A DNA stretch of 52,842 bases from a virus (lineage: Duplodnaviria; Caudoviricetes): the IMG/VR virus record IMGVR_UViG_3300027657_000003, positions 1-52,842 of that record; one strand, written 5' to 3'. A program made the translations under genes and the position numbers. The notes under the pieces are model-generated. The model worked only from the letters and a program-made list of their open reading frames with translations. It did not search any database and was not told where the DNA came from. Shown here piece after piece: positions 43,782 to 52,842 of the stretch. Within the stretch, counting starts at the first letter, position 1; each line of letters starts with the position of its first letter.

Positions 43782-44176
43782 TGGCGGCGCGCGCGAAAGA
43801 GCCGCAGCGGCCCGGATGGGCGCCGGCGGGCTGGTTTGGCAATGCCCAGGTGTGGGTGCATGCCGGCGGTATTCGGGTCCTGTCCGAGATCGTCGATCTG
43901 GAGATCGACGGCATGGGCATCGTTACGCCGCAATGGCTGGTGTCGGTCTCCACGGCGCACAACCGGCGCCCGACCAATAGCGAGATGCTGATGGTCCGCC
44001 GGCACTTCGGCATGGAGGAGGCAGAGGAGGACAACCACGAGCCCGGGCGCGCCCGCAAGCTGTTCCTGATCGTTGACCAGGAGCTGCGCGCGAAACACGC
44101 CGAGTGCGCATGCAAGGTCAACGAGGTGCAGCACGTCGAGCCCGATGGATATCGGTGGTCGGAGGTGAGGCGATGA
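43778..44176 (+). CDS. Hypothetical phage protein
   Basis: WLVSVS..FGMEEAEEDNHEPGRAR..ECACK; ATGA-coupled. Confidence 0.7.
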   Translation: MMAARAKEPQRPGWAPAGWFGNAQVWVHAGGIRVLSEIVDLEIDGMGIVTPQWLVSVSTAHNRRPTNSEMLMVRRHFGMEEAEEDNHEPGRARKLFLIVDQELRAKHAECACKVNEVQHVEPDGYRWSEVRR

Positions 44177-44460
44177 CGCTGAGCGATTTTTTGTCCGAAA
44201 TTGCGATGGCGGCCAGGTGGGCGGAGCCCGGTCACTCCTGCCGGTGCGCTGTCGCGCTTCTGGTCGGCGGCCCGGAGCTGGGCGTGGGGCTGCTCACCGG
44301 CTTCGATGACGGGGATGCCGAGTATCACGATGACGGCTCGCTGCTCGGCAGCCGGCGCGACAGCAGTCTGGATGCCCGCGCGTGGCTCAACGGCTTCACG
44401 CTCGGCCAGAGACTGCGCGACGAGGTTGTCCATGGAGCCACAGCCGGAGGCCGGCCATGA
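44173..44460 (+). CDS. Hypothetical protein
   Basis: SD GAGG; ATGA-coupled. Confidence 0.55.
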   Translation: MTLSDFLSEIAMAARWAEPGHSCRCAVALLVGGPELGVGLLTGFDDGDAEYHDDGSLLGSRRDSSLDARAWLNGFTLGQRLRDEVVHGATAGGRP

Positions 44461-44702
44461 TCGGGCCCGGCGGATACACGACAGCGCGGAGCTCGCGGCG
44501 GTGGCGCAAGCCGGCGATGCTGCAGGATCGCCGCGAATACCTACTGCATGCGCGGTGCTGGTCGCGAGCAGACATCCGAGCATGGGCGGCGGCGGATCCG
44601 GAAAGTCGCATGCCCGCGGGACTGTGGTATTCACGCAGGAAGTGCCAGGTTCTCGCGCGCCGCGCACGTCGCTGCATCAAGCGGCGCCGGGGGTGGGCAT
44701 GA
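44457..44702 (+). CDS. Small basic hypothetical protein
   Basis: SD GGAGG; ATGA-coupled on both sides. Confidence 0.5.
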   Translation: MIGPGGYTTARSSRRWRKPAMLQDRREYLLHARCWSRADIRAWAAADPESRMPAGLWYSRRKCQVLARRARRCIKRRRGWA

Positions 44703-45652
44703 GCAACACCGCAATGGCGCGGCTGCGCGCAGCCGTTGTGAGATATTGCTGGACGCTGGTTGCAGATGGAGCGGAGTGCACATGTGATGGCGCGGATGTC
44801 TGCCTGGCCTGCGAGGCATTTTCCACGCTCGGCCATGGCTCATGGCCCGGGCCAGAGCATGCAGCTGCCCTGCTGGATGAGGGCACGAGCCGGGCACAGT
44901 CTTCCGCTCCGGCACCTTCGGCGCCGGCGGCCACGTGGCGCGTGGACCAACTGAGGGCCGGCAACCCGGAAGTCGTGCTGGAGTGGCTGAGGCAGTTTGC
45001 CGATGAGTCGGTAAACAGCATCATCACCGACCCTGCCTACGAATCGCTCAATCGGCACAGGGCTATCGGGACGACGACTCGGCTCAAGGATCGATGGTTT
45101 GACACGATTCCCAATGAGCTGTATTGGCCGCTGGCGGTGGAGTGGCGGCGCATTCTGAAGCGCGACGGCCATCTCTATCTATTCGGCGATGCCGAGACGA
45201 CCATGGACGTGGCCAACCCGGCGCTGCTCGCTGCCGGCTGGGATCCGCAACTCCGTCGGCTGCTCACCTGGGATCGCGAGCTCCTGGGCATGGGCTATTG
45301 GTACCGGCGGCAAACCGAGCATATCCTGTTCTGGCAGAAGGGCAAAGGGCGCACGGTGCCCGACCGCAGTATTCGCGACCTGCTCCGCGTGCGCCAGGTG
45401 CGCGGCGGCTACCCGACCGAGAAGCCGCCCGAGCTCGCGGAGGTGTTCATTCGGCAGAGCACGCAACCGGGCGATCTCGTGGTGGACTGCTTCGCCGGCA
45501 GCGGCTCCACCGGAGTGGCCGCGCTCCGCAATGGCCGGCACTTCCTCGGCTGCGATGTCTCGCCCGAGGCCCTCGCGCTCTGCACTGCCAACATGGCGGC
45601 GTATCCGCGGACTGCACGAATTCCAACCGCGCCACAGATGGCGCTTCTGTGA
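44699..45652 (+). CDS. Beta-class amino DNA methyltransferase with Cys-rich N-terminal extension
   Basis: ITDPAY (motif IV), YPTEKP, VDCFAGSGSTG (motif I). Confidence 0.9.
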   Translation: MSNTAMARLRAAVVRYCWTLVADGAECTCDGADVCLACEAFSTLGHGSWPGPEHAAALLDEGTSRAQSSAPAPSAPAATWRVDQLRAGNPEVVLEWLRQFADESVNSIITDPAYESLNRHRAIGTTTRLKDRWFDTIPNELYWPLAVEWRRILKRDGHLYLFGDAETTMDVANPALLAAGWDPQLRRLLTWDRELLGMGYWYRRQTEHILFWQKGKGRTVPDRSIRDLLRVRQVRGGYPTEKPPELAEVFIRQSTQPGDLVVDCFAGSGSTGVAALRNGRHFLGCDVSPEALALCTANMAAYPRTARIPTAPQMALL

Positions 45653-45658
45653 GGTTTT

Positions 45659-46372
45659 ATGGCTCTATACATCAGGATCGAATTGTGGCCGCAGGGTGAC
45701 CAGAGCAAGGCACGCCTCATGGGCGAAGCCATGCTGGCCAACGATGGCGCCGGCACACCCGATGCCGGCTCGTACAAGTTTGCGATCGCCAAGAGCACGG
45801 CAATGGGCGCCAAAAAGCCCGGGCCATGGCGCGGCGCAGTCGTGACGGGCTGGCCCCGGCAGTCGAAGGCCGTCGGCGTCTGGGACCTGCTGCACAAGGC
45901 CCAGGGCGCGGCACTTTCCGACCGGCCGAGTCCGGGCGAGGCGCAGCGGGCGACCCGCGGGCTCACGGGGCTTGTGCGCACCATTGAGGGCGCGAGATAT
46001 GCGTCCACGTCCGACGCGGAGGCGCTGATTGCCGCCGTAGAGCGCCTGGGGGAGGTCGCTGGCATGGGTCCAGAATTGCCGCTGCTCATGTCCAGGAACA
46101 TGACGCCGATATTTGAGCGCGCAGCAGACTTCATCCGATCTCTACAGGCGCAGCTCACCGCGGCCCGCGAGCGCATCGAGGAGCTAGAGGACGTGTTCGA
46201 TGAGCACGGCAAGCTGAGGGCCGAGCACGAGGAGCTGAAGCGAGCGCTCACCACGCGTGAGCTCGCCGCCCTGCAGGGGTTTCCGGTTATGGCCAAGCTG
46301 GACGATGAGGATCTGGACCCGGAAACTGATGCCGCCACGCTGGCCGCCACGCTCGGTGAGGTGGTGTCATGA
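45659..46372 (+). CDS. Hypothetical protein (N-terminal globular domain plus coiled coil)
   Basis: IELWPQGD..ANDGAGT..GVWDLL; SD GAGG. Confidence 0.7.
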   Translation: MALYIRIELWPQGDQSKARLMGEAMLANDGAGTPDAGSYKFAIAKSTAMGAKKPGPWRGAVVTGWPRQSKAVGVWDLLHKAQGAALSDRPSPGEAQRATRGLTGLVRTIEGARYASTSDAEALIAAVERLGEVAGMGPELPLLMSRNMTPIFERAADFIRSLQAQLTAARERIEELEDVFDEHGKLRAEHEELKRALTTRELAALQGFPVMAKLDDEDLDPETDAATLAATLGEVVS

Positions 46373-46524
46373 ACTGGACCGAGAGACGATGCCGCAAGCG
46401 TCGCCGTAGACTGCGCAAGGCTCGCCGCAAAGCATGTGGTCCGCATGCACGGGCAGCGCTCGCTCGCTATCTGTGGCCGCTGGCCTCGCAGCTGGCCCAC
46501 CTGCGAGCGCGGAGGGCAGCATGA
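46369..46524 (+). CDS. Arg-rich mini-protein (51 aa)
   Basis: MNWTERRCRKRRRRLRKARRK..; ATGA-coupled on both sides; absent from the ORF track. Confidence 0.5.
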   Translation: MNWTERRCRKRRRRLRKARRKACGPHARAALARYLWPLASQLAHLRARRAA

Positions 46525-47894
46525 GCAAGGGCAAGAGCAAAATCGAATGGACCGAGAACAGCCGATCCGTGGTCCACGGCTGCGCGCCCGTGGACCCGCT
46601 ATGCCTGAACTGCTACGCGGCACGCATGCAAGGCACGCGGCATCGGAACCTGCCGATACACAGCCTGGAGATGTGCCGCGGCGAGCTCGTCACCTGCAAG
46701 AGCGCGGGCAAAGAGGGCGGGCGCGGGCGCCGCTACGTCTTCAACGAAAAGGGTGGGCTTGACCGAGCGGCGCTCGCCTCCTCGCTGAAGCGATCAGCGC
46801 TGCCCGCTGGTGTCTGCTTCTGGAATCACACCAGCGATACGTTCTGGGAGAAATTGACGAATGCCGAGATCGCCGCACAGTTCGCGGTAGCAGCAGCCCG
46901 CGAGGACGTGCAGCTTCTCGTGTTGACAAAACGAGCATGGCGACTGCCCGAGTGGTTCGAGTGGGTGCGAAAGCGCGGCGAGGATGGGCTATCGATGTTC
47001 CCAGATGACCCGCCAGAATGGCGCATTCGGCAGATGCTCTATGCGACGGCTCGGCGTATCGGCGTATCGATCCCGGCAACGATCGGAAAGAAAGGCGCTG
47101 GACATTCATTCCAAGACGGACCGTGGCCGCTGACAAACGTGGCCCTGGGCGTGAGCGTCGGCACCCGCAAGGGGCTGCACCGCGTCGATGACTTGCGCGC
47201 GACGCCGGCGTCGATGCGATTCCTGTCGATCGAGCCGCTGCTGGAAGACCTGGGCGAGCTCAACCTGGATGGCATCGACTGGGTAATCGTAGGCTGTGAG
47301 TCTGGCCCGGGCGCGCGGCCGACGCCGCTCGATGCAATTCGTTCAATTCGCGACCAGTGCGCAGCGGCAGGCACAGCCTTTTTTCTCAAACAAGCCGACA
47401 TCTGCGCAGACTGCGACGGCGCCGGTATGGCACGCGGCTTGGACCACGGGCGGATAGAGGTGCCAACGACAGAGTACCTCTGGGGCAAGCAGCACACCGT
47501 GACGCCGCGGGTTGTCGATCGCGTGTTCGGCGATGGCAGGGCGACGATTTGGGTTGCTCCGCTCAACACCCGGCCGAATTACTACGTCGTTCGCGTCGAT
47601 TCCGCTCGAGCCGAGGACATGGACTCGGATGGGTTCCGGGACATGATCGACGACGTGGTCGATGAGATAGACGACCAGTTCGGCGCGCACGATGATCATG
47701 ACGGCGACTGCACCGAGGAATGCGAGTTTCCGCGCCTGCACTACGGTGCGGGCGTGGCATGGGGGCGCTACTCGCTTGCTTGTGTGTCGTGCACGGGCAC
47801 AGGGCAAACCGGCAAGGTGCGCAAGAACTGCCCCGCGCTTGCCGGTGTGGTGCACGATGCTCGTCCGCCGTGGCTCACGGGAGGTGCACAATGA
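46521..47894 (+). CDS. Gp37/Gp68 (DUF5131) radical-SAM-like protein with C-terminal insertion
   Basis: SKIEWT..GCAPVDPLCLNCYA..LTKR..RFLSIEPLLE..DWVIVGCESGPGAR..FFLKQ. Confidence 0.92.
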   Translation: MSKGKSKIEWTENSRSVVHGCAPVDPLCLNCYAARMQGTRHRNLPIHSLEMCRGELVTCKSAGKEGGRGRRYVFNEKGGLDRAALASSLKRSALPAGVCFWNHTSDTFWEKLTNAEIAAQFAVAAAREDVQLLVLTKRAWRLPEWFEWVRKRGEDGLSMFPDDPPEWRIRQMLYATARRIGVSIPATIGKKGAGHSFQDGPWPLTNVALGVSVGTRKGLHRVDDLRATPASMRFLSIEPLLEDLGELNLDGIDWVIVGCESGPGARPTPLDAIRSIRDQCAAAGTAFFLKQADICADCDGAGMARGLDHGRIEVPTTEYLWGKQHTVTPRVVDRVFGDGRATIWVAPLNTRPNYYVVRVDSARAEDMDSDGFRDMIDDVVDEIDDQFGAHDDHDGDCTEECEFPRLHYGAGVAWGRYSLACVSCTGTGQTGKVRKNCPALAGVVHDARPPWLTGGAQ

Positions 47895-48349
47895 GCGCCG
47901 ACCCGCTGTGCCTCTGTGGGCACCCGGAATCGGTTCACGCCGCTGAGCTCGCGCCCCGGATGTGTTACGTCGGTAGCTGCAAATGCCAGGAGTACTGGCG
48001 GGCCACGCGCCCGCCGCAACCGCCACCGCAGCCGGGCAAGGACGCGGTGTGGCCGCTGGTGATTGACGTCGCATTCCGCTCCGGTGCTTCGCCAACTCTG
48101 CTGGCCGACATGCGCGAGCGCCAGGAATTTGGCCTGCGCAAATACGGCGTCCAGCTCGAAACGGAGAATGGACGGGACCCGCTCGAAGATGCCAGTGACG
48201 AGGCGCTTGATGGCGTGGCGTATATGTTCCAGTGGGCTAAGGAAGCGCCGGACGACGCGGAGCGCGCGCACCGCCGCAGGCTGTGCAGACTGGCTCTGTG
48301 GTGGGCCGACATGCTGTGCGCAGAGCGGGCCAGAAGGGATGAGCGATGA
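47891..48349 (+). CDS. All-alpha NTP pyrophosphatase-like protein with N-terminal Cys/His domain
   Basis: ERQEFGLRKYG..NGRDPLEDASDEALDGVAY. Confidence 0.65.
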   Translation: MSADPLCLCGHPESVHAAELAPRMCYVGSCKCQEYWRATRPPQPPPQPGKDAVWPLVIDVAFRSGASPTLLADMRERQEFGLRKYGVQLETENGRDPLEDASDEALDGVAYMFQWAKEAPDDAERAHRRRLCRLALWWADMLCAERARRDER

Positions 48350-49065
48350 AAGAGCGACCAATTTTGTTCAGCGGGCCGATGGTCCGCGCGATCCTCGACG
48401 GGCGCAAGACGGTCACCCGGCGCGTGTGCCAGGTGCAGCCGTTCCGGGACAGGTACGGGCTGTGGCATGCCTTCTACCCCTGGGGCGAGGGAGGCCACGG
48501 TATCTACGAGACCGAGTCGGAGATGCGCGCGGAGTTCGACCGGCTCATGCTCGCACGCTGCCCATACGGCCAGGCGGGCGATCGCCTGTATGTGCGCGAG
48601 GCCCACTACCGCTACGGCCACTGGGAGCCGGTGCCGGGCGTGCGCACGAAAACCGGCCGCCAGAAATGGCGGTTTGTGCCCGATACCGACGAGATCCGCT
48701 ATGAGCCGCCGGAGCACTTTCGCAAAGGCCGGCACCACAAGGATCCCGAGACCAAGGCTTGGTACAAGCGGCTGCCGCGGTTCATGCCGCGCTCTGTCGC
48801 GCGGCTGCTGCTGCCGGTCGTGAGCGTGAGCCTGGAGCGGCTGCAGGACATCAGCGATGCGGACGCGATCGCCGAAGGCATCGCCTATCACAGGTCACCG
48901 CGAGATTCTTTCGGGTACCGCGCACCCTCAAAGGAGGCGTTTGCGCACCTTTGGGACAGCATAAACAGCAAACCCCGGAAGCGCAAAGACGGCACGCACG
49001 GCCAAGACATCTCGTGGAAGGTGAATCCGTGGGTCTGGGTTGTCGAGTTCGAGGTGGCGCGATGA
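48346..49065 (+). CDS. ASCH/PUA-like phage protein
   Basis: MKERPILFSGPMVRAILDGRKTVTRR..CPYG..GDRLYVRE..ERLQDIS..NPWVWVVEF. Confidence 0.88.
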   Translation: MKERPILFSGPMVRAILDGRKTVTRRVCQVQPFRDRYGLWHAFYPWGEGGHGIYETESEMRAEFDRLMLARCPYGQAGDRLYVREAHYRYGHWEPVPGVRTKTGRQKWRFVPDTDEIRYEPPEHFRKGRHHKDPETKAWYKRLPRFMPRSVARLLLPVVSVSLERLQDISDADAIAEGIAYHRSPRDSFGYRAPSKEAFAHLWDSINSKPRKRKDGTHGQDISWKVNPWVWVVEFEVAR

Positions 49066-49391
49066 GCGCGCTGGAAAATCTCTCAAAGCAAGAGCTCCTC
49101 GCGCTTATCCGGCGGTGCGGACTGCGCGTGATGCCAGGCGATATCAAGGCGGTCCGCTGTGACACGCTTTGGGCGCGGTACCAGGAGGCGCAGAAAAAGG
49201 CCACGGCGGCGCTGGCGGGCGCTTTTGCAGCAAGAGCCGAGCGAATGGCAGCATTAAAACGCGGTGACCACGCTCGTATCTTGGCCGGGTGGGACAGATG
49301 GGACGCGTGCGAGAGCGCTTATGAATGCGCATCGCACGCGCAAGAACGCGCATTCGATGCCTGGAATAAGGCCACGGAGGAAAAGCAATGA
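49062..49391 (+). CDS. Helical hypothetical protein
   Basis: ATGA-coupled on both sides. Confidence 0.6.
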   Translation: MSALENLSKQELLALIRRCGLRVMPGDIKAVRCDTLWARYQEAQKKATAALAGAFAARAERMAALKRGDHARILAGWDRWDACESAYECASHAQERAFDAWNKATEEKQ

Positions 49392-49597
49392 GCGCGGCAG
49401 AGGCAGACGCCGCGCGCAAATACGCCTGCGAGGGATGCGGGCGGCACGGGTCCGGGACCGTTGCGCGGATCCCGGCGGGATGGCACTCGTTCCGCGAAAT
49501 CATCTACTGCAATCCGTGCAAGACAAACCCGCCGGCACAGCTCAGGGCCAAGAGGGCGGCGCTGGAGCGGCGGCTCCGTCGGAAATGGCGACAATGA
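49388..49597 (+). CDS. Small Zn-finger protein
   Basis: CEGC..IPAGW..YCNPC. Confidence 0.6.
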   Translation: MSAAEADAARKYACEGCGRHGSGTVARIPAGWHSFREIIYCNPCKTNPPAQLRAKRAALERRLRRKWRQ

Positions 49598-51351
49598 AAC
49601 AGCAATACACGGTCGTGCATATGTTCTGTGGCGCTGGCGGCGGCGCACTTGGTCTGGCGCAGTCCCTGGCCAAGCTCGGCGCGCACGAGGCCTCGTTTCG
49701 CACCCTGGGCGGCATCGACAATGATCCGGGCGCGGCAGATGACTTCGAGCGACTGGTCGGCGCGAGGTGCATCGTGGGCGACGTGCACGCGATGCAGCCG
49801 GCGGATTTGCACCGCGTCTTTGGCCGCCGCGCGCCCGATTTCGTGCTCAGCAGCCCTCCTTGCAAGTCGTTTTCGGCGCTGTTGAGCAAGGCGAAGAGCA
49901 CGCAACCGGAGTACGTGCGCATGGCCGAGTTGGCCATCAAGGGCGTACACCTGATGCTGGCCGCGTGGCCGGTGCCGCCGAGGCTGTTCTTCCTGGAGAA
50001 CGTGCCGCGAATCGTGAGCCGCGGGAAAACGATGTTGGCCCAGCTCCGGCAGGTGCTCACCGCCTACGGCTACTCGATCGCCGAGGGCGTCCACGACTGC
50101 GGCGAGGTCGGCGGGTTGGCCCAGCACCGGCGCCGGTGGTTCCTCGTCGCGCGCCACAGGGCGAGCTTGCCACGGGTGGTGTACCAGCCACCCAAGCGGC
50201 GCGTGCGCGGCTGTGGTGAGGTCCTGGGCGATCTGCCGGTGCCCCTGGGCGGCGGCGGGCCGATGCACCAGATGCCGAAGATATCCATGCTGTCTTGGTG
50301 CCGGTTGGCCGCGATACCCGCCGGCGGCGACTGGCGCGACCTGCCCGGCGTGGTGCCGGCCGCGGGCAAGCGGCGCGAGGTCCATCGGCGGCACATGGTG
50401 ATGGACTGGAAAGATGCCGCACCGACCATCGGCGGCACAGGCAGCAACGGTGCGTGCGCCGTTGCTGATCATCGGCTCGACGCCAAAGCGTTCAAGGGCG
50501 GCTACGGCGTCATGGAGTGGGGCGAGCCCTCCGGCGCCGTGACGGGCGAGGCCTACCCGAGCACCGGCAGGTTCAGCGTCGCCGACCCGCGGCTGGCCTT
50601 GGGCGCCACTGCTGACAATGCAGGTACATTTGCCGGCCGGCCCGGTCTCCTCGGGGTGACGCCGTGGGGGGCGCCGGCACCGACCGTGACCGGCACAGTC
50701 GCGGTGGCCAGCAGCAACACCCCCGCCGCCGTCGCTGACCCGCGCCTCGGGCTCACCTGCAAGCCCAGGAGCGGCGCATACGGCGTAATGGGGTGGCAGG
50801 AGCCGGCGCCGACGATCGCCGGCCACGCGGTCATGGACAACTCCACGGCAGCCGTTGCCGACCCGCGCGCCTACCACCGCGGCGTCATGGGCGTGCAGCG
50901 CTGGGATGCGCCCAGCTGCACGGTCACCGGCGGCGCCGCGCCGACCCGGGGCGCGTTCTCGGTGGCTGACCCGCGAGCTATGGCGGTGGCCGAGTACACC
51001 CTGGCCGACGTCGACCAGCTCTTGGGCGTGGGTGACCCGCGGCGCCCGCCGGCCGAGGTGCCGATCATCATGGCCGCGGACGGCACCTGGCACCGGCCGC
51101 TCACAACGCTCGATCTCGCCGCGCTGCAGGGGTTCCCGGTGCGTGTGGCTGGGGAGTGGCTGGTGCTCTCGGGATCGAGCACGACCGCGTGGCGCGAGCG
51201 GATCGGCAACGCGATCCCGGTCGGCGCGGCCCGGGCCATCGGCGAGCAGATGCTGCGCGCGCTTCTGGCCGGCGACATCGGCCAGCTCTTCGAGCTCTCG
51301 GCGGACCCGGTCTGGGTGGCGCCGCACATGCACGGGGCGGTGGCAGCATGA
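49594..51351 (+). CDS. C5-cytosine DNA methyltransferase with VADPR repeats
   Basis: MFCGAGG, SPPCKSFS, ENV, QHRRRWF, IGNAIP. Confidence 0.93.
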   Translation: MKQQYTVVHMFCGAGGGALGLAQSLAKLGAHEASFRTLGGIDNDPGAADDFERLVGARCIVGDVHAMQPADLHRVFGRRAPDFVLSSPPCKSFSALLSKAKSTQPEYVRMAELAIKGVHLMLAAWPVPPRLFFLENVPRIVSRGKTMLAQLRQVLTAYGYSIAEGVHDCGEVGGLAQHRRRWFLVARHRASLPRVVYQPPKRRVRGCGEVLGDLPVPLGGGGPMHQMPKISMLSWCRLAAIPAGGDWRDLPGVVPAAGKRREVHRRHMVMDWKDAAPTIGGTGSNGACAVADHRLDAKAFKGGYGVMEWGEPSGAVTGEAYPSTGRFSVADPRLALGATADNAGTFAGRPGLLGVTPWGAPAPTVTGTVAVASSNTPAAVADPRLGLTCKPRSGAYGVMGWQEPAPTIAGHAVMDNSTAAVADPRAYHRGVMGVQRWDAPSCTVTGGAAPTRGAFSVADPRAMAVAEYTLADVDQLLGVGDPRRPPAEVPIIMAADGTWHRPLTTLDLAALQGFPVRVAGEWLVLSGSSTTAWRERIGNAIPVGAARAIGEQMLRALLAGDIGQLFELSADPVWVAPHMHGAVAA

Positions 51352-52337
51352 TCGAGCTTCGAACAGGCGGGCGCCCTTCTAGGCGAGATAGGGGAGCCGT
51401 GGTGATCACCGGCCTGCATATCGGCGACTGCGAGCAGGAGCTGGCTTCGTGGCCCGATGAGTGCGTTGACCTGGTCGTGACCAGCCCACCGTATTGGGGC
51501 ATGCGCGACTACGGCGCCGAGGGCCAGCTTGGCATGGAGCCGACCCTGGAAGAGTATCTTGACCGGATAGCGCGCATATTTGACGAGGTTCGGCGCGTGC
51601 TGCGCGCTGACGGCACGTTGTGGCTGAACATTGGCGACAGCTATTGCAACGATTCGCGCGGCCGCAATCCCGGCGGCGGCCGCGGTCAACATCACCGCCA
51701 CGAGTCCGCGACAGCCCAGGCAGCCAAGCGCATGCCGCCCGGTTGCAAGCCCAAGGACTTGCTCGGGCTGCCCTGGGAGGTTGCATTCACGCTGAGATGG
51801 GCCGGCTGGTATCTCAGGCAGGAAATCATCTGGGAGAAAACCAACTGCCTTCCCGAGAGCATGAAGGACCGGCCCACACGAGCCACCGAATCCATATTTC
51901 TCCTGGCCAAGTCGGAGACCTATTATTACGACTCAGATCCGCTTGCCGAACCGCTCGCGCACAAAGGCGGTGGTGGCGGGACCGAGGACCGCAACCGCCC
52001 ACCGGGAAGTAGCCCGCACCTTGGGCTGACGGCGTGGACCGGCGAGACCCGCAACGGCCGCAATATATGGCGCATGCCGACCGCCTCGGTCGAGCGTCGC
52101 GGCAAGGGATGTCACCCCGCCCGCTTTCCCGAGGCACTGGCGGCGCGCTGCATCCTGGCCGGCAGCCGCCCGGGCGGCGTCGTGCTGGACCCGTTCGCCG
52201 GCGAGGGCACAACCGCGCGCGTGGCCGAGGACCTTGGCCGCCGATGGGCGGCAATCGACATCAATCCGAAATACGCCGACGCCATCCAGTCCAGGATGAG
52301 GCAACTCGGCCTTGGAGCCCTGTGCAATGGCGCGTAA
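51348..52337 (+). CDS. Beta-class N4/N6 DNA methyltransferase
   Basis: VTSPPY, WLNIGDSY, HPARFP, LDPFAGEGTT. Confidence 0.93.
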   Translation: MIELRTGGRPSRRDRGAVVITGLHIGDCEQELASWPDECVDLVVTSPPYWGMRDYGAEGQLGMEPTLEEYLDRIARIFDEVRRVLRADGTLWLNIGDSYCNDSRGRNPGGGRGQHHRHESATAQAAKRMPPGCKPKDLLGLPWEVAFTLRWAGWYLRQEIIWEKTNCLPESMKDRPTRATESIFLLAKSETYYYDSDPLAEPLAHKGGGGGTEDRNRPPGSSPHLGLTAWTGETRNGRNIWRMPTASVERRGKGCHPARFPEALAARCILAGSRPGGVVLDPFAGEGTTARVAEDLGRRWAAIDINPKYADAIQSRMRQLGLGALCNGA

Positions 52338-52512
52338 CACCAAAACGGTTGTAAGAATCGACACGGACGCGATCGACCGCCATCAATTCGTCGAGTCGAT
52401 GGCGAATCTGGTCTGGGCGGAAATCAAGGCGCGTCGAGACCGGAGTGACCGCGATCCGGCCACTGCTGCCGGCGACGTTGCTATAACTGAGGCCATGGAG
52501 ACAACCTCATGA
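52327..52512 (+). CDS. Small protein upstream of the integrase (candidate directionality factor)
   Basis: ATGA-coupled to the serine recombinase; function inferred from position only. Confidence 0.5.
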   Translation: MARNTKTVVRIDTDAIDRHQFVESMANLVWAEIKARRDRSDRDPATAAGDVAITEAMETTS

Positions 52513-52842
52513 GCCGACTCTTGCCCGTCCCGGCGCGCCCCGCGCTGAGATTGCTGCTGCGCCGCTCGAAAGGCGATGACCAGCAGACCTACAGCCTTGA
52601 TGTCCAGCGAGCTGGCGCGCTTCGCTTCGCCGATGGGCTCGGGATCGAGTTCGGCGAGCAGCTCGAATACGTGAGCGATGGTGTCGCCGGCGACGATATC
52701 GCTGGGCTACAGGCCCTGCGCAGCCTCGTTGCCGCCGTGGGCCCCGGGGATATCGTGGTTTGCCGCGACCACTCGCGGCTCGGCCGCGACATGCTGGAGT
52801 CGGCCACCACGATCCGTCAAATCGTGGCCGAGCGCCGCGCAC
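52509..52842 (+). CDS. Serine recombinase/integrase, 5' part (truncated by window end)
   Basis: Hand translation: LLLRRSKGDDQQTYSLDVQ..VSDGVAG..GDIVVCRDHSRLGRD; absent from the ORF track. Confidence 0.9.
   Translation, partial: MSRLLPVPARPALRLLLRRSKGDDQQTYSLDVQRAGALRFADGLGIEFGEQLEYVSDGVAGDDIAGLQALRSLVAAVGPGDIVVCRDHSRLGRDMLESATTIRQIVAERRA

Larger units (their letters stand above)
290..52842. mobile_element. Temperate myovirus-type phage/prophage; att sites and boundaries not resolved
   Basis: Complete head-tail gene order, divergent CI/Cro-like pair, replication, recombination and serine recombinase genes. Confidence 0.95.

Overview
GC-rich temperate tailed phage (prophage or near-complete genome) with a contractile, myovirus-type tail; the host cannot be named from sequence alone. 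Minus strand, ~880-27200: morphogenesis (terS, terL, DUF1073 portal, MuF, DUF2213 protease plus separate scaffold, DUF2184 capsid, neck, DUF3383 sheath, DUF3277 tube, frameshifted tail chaperone, tape measure, baseplate, fibre). Minus strand, ~28200-40170: early/middle arm (Cro-like HTH, dUTPase, Acb2/Tad1-like hairpin, yfdPQR-like genes, deaminase, HNH, NlpC/P60 endolysin, initiator with iterons, DnaC-like loader). Plus strand, 40240-end: CI-like repressor, RecT, Cas4-like exonuclease, three DNA methyltransferases, Gp37/Gp68, and a serine recombinase cut by the window end. Most notable: (1) an antisense PLD-nuclease gene with a TerS-like tail, its own promoter and terminator, possibly inserted in the terS 5' end; (2) a recurrent leaderless promoter geometry; (3) surface modules inserted into and shared among virion proteins; (4) a 40-bp duplication fusing a DUF551 gene to the endolysin; (5) a MuF-ParB/Srx fusion; (6) an R-x-D candidate protease signature. 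All family calls are motif recognition by eye, not database searches. No tRNA, rRNA, CRISPR array or reverse transcriptase was seen.
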